Source: Macrostomum lignano
Lineage: Eukaryota
DNA: 56,023 nt
Direction of reading: 5' to 3'
NCBI GenBank assembly: GCA_002269645.1
Contig: NIVC01004189.1
Span: 1-56,023 of the forward strand
The position numbers were made by a program, and so were the translations under genes. Below the pieces are notes generated by a model. It saw only the letters and a program-made list of their open reading frames with translations. It did not search any database and was not told the origin of the DNA. Each line of letters begins with the position of its first letter. The first letter of the stretch is position 1. Of the stretch, positions 46,228 to 56,023 are shown piece after piece.

Positions 46228-48739
46228 AGAAAACTGCAATGCTCACTCACTCAGTGCTTTATATTCAGAATTTAAGGCAAGCGTTTTTCAACTTCATGCA
46301 GCTGTTTTGTTATGGCAACAGTGAATTATGCCGTTAAACCGTCCTTTGCTTCTGTATTGAGGCTGTTTTACTTTTTTGTTTCTTTTTTAATTCTGTTTTC
46401 TTGCTGAATAATTTTTTTAAGTTAATAATTGACTACCCTGGTCGTTAGTAAAATAGTTTTTGTCTGGATTGCTAGCCTGGTAAGGAAGTTATTTTTAGTT
46501 CAGTTTATTAAACACTTACTCCGTATGCAAGCGTTTGAGATCGATTTTCAATGAGCATTCCACAAAAGCGATTGCCGAACAAATAAAAGTGCATCGCGTG
46601 TAGTGTAGTGTGGCCTTTTGCATAATTGGAAATGCGACATTGGCCTTAATTCACTCACCGTACGTGACTGGCACTTCAAATCAAAGCTTCTATTCTCTTT
46701 ATTGCTTTCAGTTCACGTGAGTGAGCGCGCGCGGTTTTGCCTCTTATCTTTTTAGCATCCTAACAAAGCCTAGCTAGCATAAATCTGAGCTGAGCGGGAC
46801 AGCCGTAAGGGCATGCAATCTTGATGAGTGCCTTTTTCAAGCACAAACTGTTCAGGGGAAGGGGATTTTTTGGGTGGCATCTCCTGTCTTCTTTGAAGTG
46901 GATTTTCGTCTTATGAGCCGCACACCTTTTAAGTCCTCTTTCGTGCATTCATTGCGTCTCAAAAGCAAGAAATTATTTGGCTTCACTAGTGCTCGCGAAT
47001 TAAAGGCTTGTGGGCTTGTTCACACAGTCATCAATCGAGTCATAGAGGCACATAACTGGTGTGCAAGACACAATCTGTACAACTCACTTGACCTTATAGT
47101 ATTATAGAGCTACTAAGCCTAAAGTTTTGTTGAGTACAGTTTGCTATCTTTTCCGTTGTTTTTTGTTGACAAAACACGTGTAGGTTTCTGCGAAAACTGA
47201 TACTTCTGACGCTTCGAACATCCTGGATAACGGGGACGGCAGTAATATTGTTGGTAACATTTTCGGCACGATGGACGACCGCTTTGAATATATAGTAAAG
47301 CGCTTAATTCCTTTTAATCAGTATTGATGTAGCTAGTGGCACTACTTACAGTAGACTCAGTAAGGTTTCTATCGGTTTAAGCTACTTGTTCACAGTGCAA
47401 TTGTTCCTAAGTAGCGATCGCTCATTGGCTCAAGCCACCCTTAGAGAGATGCGGTTCCTCCTGTGATTGAAGCTGGCTACACATTAGCCATAGCTTAAAC
47501 AGGCATGCAGCCCTCTGGCTATTGGCCCGCAATTCAGCCGGGACAGCTGTAACTGGCTCAGCTGTCTGGACTGGCAGAGTTCTTCCAAACCCTCCTTAAA
47601 AACCGAACTGATTCTGTCTTAGCCAGGAGACCGTCTACTGAAGGTGCGATTTATGGTCAGCGGCGGCTTTTTGACGTTTTGATGCGTTTTCCTGATTCCC
47701 TTGTCAATCGGCTTGAAAAGCAATCCGTGTATAAGGCGGAGAGAGGCGCGCGTAAAGGAGGAGCATGCGACAATTGCTGCGCTGCTGACTAACGCAAGAA
47801 CTCTCTGATTGCTAAGGAAAGATACCTGGCCATTCTGGAGCTTTCTTATCGAGGCTCGCATTGTAAGTTTTCAGCCTGTGCTATAATAAATTTTTATTAA
47901 AGTAGTTTATTCCAAATGCGGCACTAATGTCGATAAAAATCTATGAATATTTGTGTAACTGCTTAAAGAACTGCCGAAGTAGTTTATTCAGAATGTAATT
48001 TACATTATTTTGTGTGACCCGTAAATCAATTTCTGTCTATTCTTGAGAAGCTAATTAGGCATGATTCTGATCGTTTTTTTCACACGGAAGCTGATGCTCT
48101 TCAACTGCCATTAAACTCAAAGCCAACGGGACAAGGATCGAAAAGAAGTGGAGAATGAGCTAGTTAGGAAGCCAGCGAGGCGGAACGGGTAGAGACAGGA
48201 CAGACAGAATGTGCGAGTTCAGAGCGGAGGTCCTCAACTGGCCGCTGCATGCATCCTGCTAAATCCCTGGGGAGAATTCCCGATGGACTCCCGCCCCAGG
48301 GTTACTCAGCGAGTTCGTGATGTTTCAAAATCCCAGCTGTGGATCCGCTGTGAGAAGTGTAATTTTTGCTGCTGAGCTGGCGGATTCCTGTCGGCTGGCG
48401 CCAGCCTGTTGCGTAATCGCCAGCAACTGGGTTGATCTGCCCAAGTGGCGTCTATAGCTATCTCGATTTGCATCGCAATTGCTCTTTCATCTTTTCACTT
48501 GCAGAGAGAGAAGTATCACTGCTTTCCCAGTGGCAACCCATTCGAAATGTTGATCATCATTTTTTGAGATGGGAACGCTGATGCGTGCATGCTGATCACT
48601 GGTGCTGGGCATGGATTCTGACTATGCAAAGCAGTGTGATTGCGCTGGAAATTTCTTCTTAATTTCCATTAAGAGTAGCTTATTTCTTACTCGTACTTTT
48701 ACCAATGTTCTTAGTGGCATCAACCAAAGTGCATAGACT

Positions 48740-48980
48740 CAAGGGCGTCGCCATAAATTTTAAGGTGGAGGGGACAAAGTCTATCGCGAATTCTACATGA
48801 CTAGATTTCTGCATTATTGTTTCTAGCACTCAGTTTAGCGTCTCAGGAACTCATTTTGCCGCCGAAGGCGCTATATTTTAGCGCCCTAAAGCAAAATTAT
48901 TTATTTCTATAACGGGTCACAAGGTGGGGCAGGGGGAGGGGGACAAAGCATTAGCATGTCCCCTTGCGGCAACGCCCCTG
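48740..48980. mobile_element. Possible short MITE with 13-bp TIRs
   Basis: CAAGGGCGTCGCC ... GGCAACGCCCCTG, with an internal repeated GGAGGGGACAAAG. No TSD was found. Confidence 0.45.
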
Positions 48981-51951
48981 CAGGGGCTACTACCTTTAGG
49001 CAGTAGTTTAGGCCTAAAGGTTGTTGTCCCCCCGTGTGGCTTGGTACCTCCACTTACGAAAAGACCCCGTAACAATTCTTTGTGTGTCGATCTATTTAGC
49101 AAGTGTTCGAAATGTCTATGGTTCAAAGCTGCATAGCAATGATCGTCAAATCGCTAAACAATTGGGGGTTGTCTGGAAGTGAGAATTCATGGTATGGCCA
49201 TAGACACGAGCTATCGTAGCTATTTTCATAGCTAACGTAGCTAACTTCATTGGTCAATTTTTCCATCAGGATCCGAGTGGGAAGGGGGAATGGGGGTGTG
49301 GGGAGCGAAACTCCCACTTACAACCATAAACTATTTTATTTTACGCTCATAGACTCGTTCGTTTTCTAAAATGATATCCCGGTAAATTGCTTTATTGTCA
49401 ATGTCAAACAATGACTGGTCATTGCTTGAATGTCATTGCCTTAACGTAAATTGCCGTAGACATTTTGAACAATGGGTTTTCATCTAAACAAGTAACGAAT
49501 GCAAAAGTTTAACCACAAGCTATGAAGGGCTGGTAGCTGAAATTCTCACTTCCTATTTTCCTGTTAGTTTCATCGGTCGCCTTGTCTGTATTTATCAAGT
49601 GTAATTAATGACCTAAAGGAGGGCAGGGGTGTGAAATGGTATCTGTATTCTACTTTGAATATAGTTTCATACAATGGCCCGAACAAATTCAACCATAGAC
49701 AGCAGGTGCGATAAGGACGTCTTAAGATTTTCGTGATTTCTCAGCAATTCAGTTATCTGCCTTACTGCACTAATGTTTTGCGACCTCAGCTTATTAAGAA
49801 ATCATTGGCATGATTAGCTGTAAGATTAGGGCCACTCGATGACAGCTTCAGCACCTCCATGATTTCCCAGGCAGTCGCGTACAGATGAGAAATTGCTGTT
49901 ATAAAAACAGATTTCAGCCCTCAGCATGGAGCAGCTCAGCTGGCTAAGAAAACCCACCACCCGGTCGAAGCTGCGCGCATCACGCGACCGCGGCTTCGGG
50001 CGGAGCTATCGATCATGCGGTACCGGGGTGGCTGCTCCTCCCCTTCTGCTGCAGTTCGGGGAGGGCAGCCATTTCACACCCCCTGCCCTCCTTCAAGTCA
50101 TTAATCACACTTGCCAATCTCGAACTTGTTACTGCAGCAGTTTGTTCTTGCGTGATGAGATACAGAGAGAGAGAGAGTCGAGCGCACCGACTTTGGCGTG
50201 TTGTTGGGCAGCACAGCGACTTCAGTTGGTTTGGTTTAATCGATTCCTATCTGCAGTTGCGAATATCCCGGAGCCCGCGTGATTGGCGATAGCGGAATGC
50301 ATACAGTTTTTTTTGTTGGTGCGTCCATGGTGATTAAAATGTATACAGGCTAAATATAGGAATGCATAGCAGAGCCGGTCTTTGCCGAATAACTCCATGG
50401 ATCTTATTAATTCTACAGCTTCTGCATGGTAAGAAGCCGCCCCGATTAATAAATATTGTAGTAAATAGATTCAGCCAAAACTGAATTCCCCTGCTTACTG
50501 CATTGCTACTAGCTGTTCGGCCCATATTCAGATTTCAAACAATCCAATTGACTTCTATTGGCCCGGGTACCCGGCTATAAGCCCACTGCGCCAACGGACA
50601 CCGCGGGGTGAAGGCAGGACAGAGCCAATATGCGCTCTTTATCCCAGCTGCATCAGTTGGGATAAGCAGATTTCGCATTCTAGCTGGCCTTACAGCTGAT
50701 TGAGGGATCAGTGCGCCTGCGCAGCTGCGTGCGCCTCTCCTCCCGCAGTTGCTCTGTTTTTTTCCGTCTTGCGGCCAGAAAGCAGCTTGCGGAATGCCCC
50801 TCACATCCTCTGTTGCGTGCGAATCCTCTCGCCTTCCCAGCCATGGCCTCTCATCCATGGCGGGGCGCCACTGCCTTTCTGCTGTCACGCGTCAGGGCTG
50901 AAGAATCGCGCTAGCTTGAAGGCCTATCTAAAAGTCTAATGACGCTTATGAATGATCTTGGTACAGACATCAGCTGTCCTGCAGGATCGTACATGCAGTA
51001 CCAATTCGAATGTTTTTGCTCAAATCGCACCTATGAGTTATACTTTTGGTTCTGATGGCCAAAAGCCTCCGGAGAAAAGTTTTCTTTCTAAAAGCGGTAG
51101 ATCCAACGAACTGCAAAAATTCACTTCATATGGAGAGTTTTGTTCATTTTTAAACTTTTCCAAGATGCAAGATTTTCACGCTTGAAGATAGCGATTTTCT
51201 GTGCCGCCAGACAAAGAAAAACAAGAGCAAATCTTCCGAACTGAGGGAACGCTGAAAGACGGATTGGCTTTTTGGGGGTGGTGGGGCGTCATTTTCCATC
51301 CTGAAGACTTTTAAATTCAATTCTTTGCTGTTTGGGCTCTGTCCAGATGAGGGGATAGATCAGGCCAGGGAGAGACGCCAGTTTCACACCAGCAGCCGGC
51401 GATGAATCTTCAATCCTTTGTGGATCCTCAAATGAACTTCACGGCAGCTTGGCATCCCGAAGTGACAATCCGTTTTCTTAGGCAGGTCAAGGAATTCAAG
51501 GTGCAAAAAGGGAAGAAAAAAGCAACAAAATTGCCTTCAACTAGTCAAAAAATCTTTCACTCTCGGCTTTATTCACCCTTTTCCCTTCGGCATCCGTGAT
51601 CAATCTTTCGTGTGTTTTTTGCTATGTTGCAGTCCAAGCCATGTGCTGCCAAGCCTAGCATTAACTTCCCTCTGAGTCTGTCCCTGTTTCTCCATCATAT
51701 CTCTCTCCCCATATCCTCTTTCTCATTTTCCTTTCTCTCATAGCAGCTCTATATTTGCAAAACTGTACTTATTCATTTCTAACTACGAGTACATACCTAC
51801 GACGTAGTTAGGAACACTGGTAGCTCACCTATAGGCAGTAGATACCTATAAACTCCGTTGTTTTTTGCTTGAAAATAGGCTTTACAAAACTGTTGAAATC
51901 CAGTACGTAATGATGGAATTGTTTTTAGCTATTACCACCATGGTGATCGAA

Positions 51952-52343
51952 CCATGGATGAATGAATAGAATGGATTGCTATTCTGGCTCTGGCTATTTT
52001 CGTTTTTGACTCTTTTGCATCCGGTTCCCCCCCGTGCCTTTTCATTGGTTGATGATTGCCATAGACAATTTTCGGCCTTCGCCCCTTTCTTTCGATGCAC
52101 AAGCGCAAAGAACTGAGAATGTCAGTTACTTGCAGAGAATATCGAGCGCTCGTAGGTCTTCCCCCTTTATTTCAAAACACGAGCGAAAGCGCTTGTGCAT
52201 CGAAAGAAAGGGGCGAAGGCCGAAAATTGTCTATGGCAATCATCAACCAATGAAAAGGCACGGGGGGGAACCGGATGCAAAAGAGTCAAAAACGAAAATA
52301 GCCAGAGCCAGAATAGCAATCCATTCTATTCATTCATCCATGG
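51952..52343. mobile_element. 392-bp palindromic MITE with 155-bp TIRs and a 6-bp TSD
   Basis: Arms 51952-52106 and 52189-52343 are apparently perfect inverted repeats starting CCATGG. ATCGAA is duplicated at 51946-51951 and 52344-52349. Confidence 0.88.
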
Positions 52344-52884
52344 ATCGAACAGGACCAAATTCGTCTATGGCGAAACCTTATTCAGGGCCACTCATTCTCT
52401 GGAGCCCCATAGTCACCAGTACGACTAAAACTAAGCAATGTGACAAACGTAGAGTTTTTTAACGTAGAGTTTAGGGTTAACTAACCTTGCGATGGGAGGT
52501 TGAAGGATCGGAAAACAAGAGCAGAGGCAATCAAGCAAAAGGATGAATCTGAGACAGAAGGCAAACAAAACTGAGAGCATTGCCTGCTACGAGTGTTAGT
52601 AAATGAAGCGAATCTTGTGCAATTTTATCCAATAAGCGAATACACTCGGCAGATATGCTTTGATTCGCAGTTTGAAACAGATTTGAAACTGGAAAATCGA
52701 AACCTCTTAGGCGGAAAACTCTCTGTAATGTATTATATGGGCTCAACTGATCTGTGATCAACTGATCGGCCTTTTAAAATCATCAAGATTGCCTTGTCAT
52801 TAAATATAGTACGATGAGACTATACTTGCAGATAACCATTGCTGAGTTGCTTGCCTTTCATCGGGACGGGCGCTGATCGAGGGG

Positions 52885-54205
52885 GTGCTGTCCTTAGGGA
52901 CGGGTCGCTGTCCCTCAGGGGCACTGTTATTCAGGGACGCCGTCCTTAGAGAGCGGGCGCTGTCTTTAGGGAAGGGGCACTGTCCTTAGGGAAGGGGCAC
53001 TGTCCTTAGGGAAGGAGCACTGTCCTTAGGGAAGGGGCACTGTCCTTAGGGAAGGGGCACTGTCCTTAGGGAAGGGGCACTGTCCTTAGGGAAGGGGCAC
53101 TGTCCTTAGGGAAGGGGCACTGTCCTTAGGGAAGGGGCACTGTCCTTAGGGAAGGGGCACTGTCCTTAGGGAAGGGGCACTGTCCTTAGGGAAGGGGCAC
53201 TGTCCTTAGGGAAGGAGCACTGTCCTTAGGGAAGGAGCACTGTCCTTAGGGAAGGGGCACTGTCCTTAGGGAAGGGGCACTGTCCTTAGGGAAGGAGCAC
53301 TGTCCTTAGGGAAGGAGCACTGTCCTTAGGGAAGGGGCACTGTCCTTAGGGAAGGGGCACTGTCCTTAGGGAAGGGGCACTGTCCTTAGGGGGGAGGCAC
53401 TGTCCTTAGGGAAGGGGCACTGTCCTTAGGGAAGGAGCACTGTCCTTAGGGAAGGGGCACTGTCCTTAGGGAAGGGGCACTGTCCTTGGGGAAGGGGCAC
53501 TGTCCTTAGGGAAGGGGCACTGTCCTTAGGGGGGAGGCACTGTCCTTAGGGAAGGGGCACTATCTATAGGGGGAGAGGCACTGTCCTTAGGGAAGGGGCA
53601 CTGTCCTTAGGGAAGGGGTACTGTCCTTAGGGAAGGGGTACTGTCCTTAGGGAAGGGGCACTATCTATAGGGGGGGGGGGAGACACTGTCCTTAGGGAAG
53701 GGGCACTGTCCTTAGGGAAGGGGCACTGTCCTTAGGGAAGGAGCACTGTCCTTAGGGAAGGGGCACTGTCCTTAGGGGGGAGGCACTGTCCTTAGGGAAG
53801 GGGCACTGTCCTTAGGGAAGGAGCACTGTCCTTAGGGAATGGGCACTGTCCTTAGGGAAGGAGCACTGTCCTTAGGGAAGGAGCACTGTCCTTAGGGAAG
53901 GGGCACTATCTATAGGGGGGGAGGCACTGTCCTTAGGGAAGGGGCACTGTCCTTAGGGAAGGGGTACTGTCCTTAGGGAAGGGGTACTGTCCTTAGGGAA
54001 GGGGCACTATCTATAGGGGGGGAGACACTGTCCTTAGGGAAGGGGCACTGTCCTTAGGGAAGGGGCACTGTCCTTAGGGAAGGGGTACTGTCCTTAGGGA
54101 AGGGGCACTATCTATAGGGGGGAGGCACTGTCCTTAGGGAAGGGGCACTGTCCTTGGGGAAGGGGCACTGTCCTTAGGGAAGGGGTGCTGTCCTCGTGGG
54201 GGGGG
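52885..54205 (+). repeat. 20-bp G-rich minisatellite (TGTCCTTAGGGAAGGGGCAC), about 60 units
   Basis: Periodicity is directly visible, with degenerate flanking units and recurring TATCTATAGG variants. Confidence 0.97.
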
Positions 54206-56023
54206 CTGTCACTTGCAACCTTAATAAACTGTATTGAAAGCAATATGGCAGCAATTAAAGAACATGGTCCAATAGCTTTAAATTTGAAGTCCGGATATCA
54301 GGCTAGTTTCCGCCCCCAAGTCTCCCTCGCACTAGTAGGGTAACTACTGGGTGAATCGATTGCCAGAAATCTGCAAAATCCTTTATTTATCGAGCTGTCC
54401 TTATCCTGCATCATCCCGGGCTCTTCAGTCGTGATTTAATAACGAAAAAGCTGCCCACTTAATGCGCCAGGCTTAAGCCACCGGCCCTCCCGCAGTGAGC
54501 GACGCTGCCTGTGATCTGCAGGAAAAGCCGAGACTCGCCGGGCTTTTGGAATGTCTCATCTTTATCCATCTAGTGGATTAGGCGGCCTCACTGTCACTTG
54601 AGACAACTGGAAATATTGAGAGAAATGATTAAAGATAAACGGATTCTCCTTTCAAGGCTTGAGCAGCTCAGAGTTGGTTGATAGCGACTGACCAGCAGCC
54701 ATCCGCTCTGATCCCTCTGTCGCACAGGATCAATCTGACAGGGAAGAAGAGTTTGTATTTCCCTACAAGCATAGAACTCAACTTTTGCTATGAATATGCT
54801 GAACAACATGAAAGGGAGAACCGCGGAGCTTTGAAAAACTGCACAATGCGATACCTCTATAGAGCGTCTTGCGTTCATTCTTTCAGCTCATCCATGGAGA
54901 CACAGCAGAGCAGCATAATTAGGCATTTGCTATAGAGTGAAAGCCACTTCAGAATTTTTCTCATAGCATCTCCTTAACAACTAGCGCTCTTACTCATAGC
55001 CAATTGAGAATTGTGCAAAGCCATCGGATGCAAGTGACAGTAGAGTGTGCGGTTTATCAGCATGATGAGGTATTTAAGCAGAATTTTCGCAATGCTGTGA
55101 AGCAGCAATCTGCAAAGCAGCTGTGACAAGGAAACCCCAACGCTTTTTAATAGATGCGTGTGAAGATAAAAAAAAATCGCTCAGAATTCTAGCAGCCCCT
55201 CGATGGAAATGTGAATAATCTGCAGCGACAATGGCTTTGGAATCTTAACTAAATTAGAGGTTACTTTTCATGAATGAAAGGCTTCCTACAGCTGTTATTT
55301 GCCACACAGTGCTCAGGCTGCTCAGATATGCAGAGATGAAGATTCGCGCAGCTGAATTTCAACACCAGATTGTTCCACTTGCCCCTGGTGCCGGTTTCGA
55401 GTCTGAGACCTTGAGCTGCCTGCTCTCTTCGAGCGAGAGATTGAGCTGGGCTAATTGAGTTACCCGGGCATCTGCTTGGCTGGCCCGAAACTTTCAGCTC
55501 GGCTCCGAGGAGCTGCAGGGTGCAGAGTTTCAAAGTCGGGCTGATTGCGATTAACCCTTGGCAAAAACTGCGCCCGCTCCACCCTGCGCTGATGATTTTT
55601 CCTTTCAATCTCATTGTCCGGGTCGATAAACTGCCAGCAATGCTGTTGGGGAGAATATCGGGAGCAGATGTTTTCCTCGGGACTAAAGAGCTGCGCTCCA
55701 AGCAATATGGGGGTGAGACTCAAGCTGGGAGCATAAATCACTGGCCTTCATAGCAGAAACTTGCTTGCGATGAGTTGCCTGTCTCGGGGGGGGGGGAGTC
55801 GTCACTCAAATGGAAAGAAACGGCCGCAACTGTAAGCGGCAGATTGCAGTGAAAATCAGACACGCTTTCACTGCGATTCTGGCTTATATGATTGCCTCTT
55901 CTTGAACTTGTCTGTCAGAAGTATGATTCTCCATAGCTGATTGAATCGAGTCAATAACCTGTGGTCAGTAATACGCGTATTCCAAGTACGATAAAACTAT
56001 GCTTACGAGTATACATGTATACT

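Noticed and set aside
46760-51800. Scattered short ORFs, CCAAT/E-box-rich patches and a donor-like GTAAGT at ~47863
   Set aside because: No recognisable protein family or exon chain could be built. It may be regulatory or UTR sequence but is unsupported.
51882-52428. Two ORFs with identical N-terminal 51 aa on opposite strands
   Set aside because: They are the two arms of the palindromic MITE, not duplicated genes.
52885-54205. True telomere
   Set aside because: TTAGGG is not tandem, and the array is internal with unique sequence on both sides.
54594-55753. ORFs of 60-146 aa near the window end
   Set aside because: There are no homology cues, they overlap on both strands, and no splice-consistent model could be built.

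Overview
Eukaryotic (metazoan invertebrate) genomic DNA with spliceosomal introns. The intronic minisatellites, SINEs and gene set resemble a free-living flatworm such as Macrostomum, but this is inference and cannot be proven from the window. Six protein-coding genes can be rebuilt exon by exon: phosducin-like PhLP1/PDCL (-), DNTTIP1 (-, with a one-base frame break), an inositol-trisphosphate 3-kinase (+), a dopamine/tyramine beta-hydroxylase (-), a GKAP-domain HURP/DLGAP5-like protein (+) and VMA21 (+). Between them lie tRNA-derived SINEs, decayed hAT, mariner and Crypton remnants, LOA-like and RTE-like LINE remnants, several foldback/MITE elements with identifiable TSDs, and several minisatellites. 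The most notable signals are: (1) a young, internally deleted Ty3/Gypsy element whose identical 249-bp LTRs each carry three perfect heat-shock elements just upstream of the TATA box, with the 3' LTR pointing at the beta-hydroxylase gene; (2) a minisatellite that appears to have arisen from a PDCL exon/intron junction, so every unit is a splice donor; (3) 13 tandem T-P-G-K CDK-consensus sites in the HURP-like protein; (4) sharply bounded CpG-depleted domains with CG>TG/CA/TA decay.
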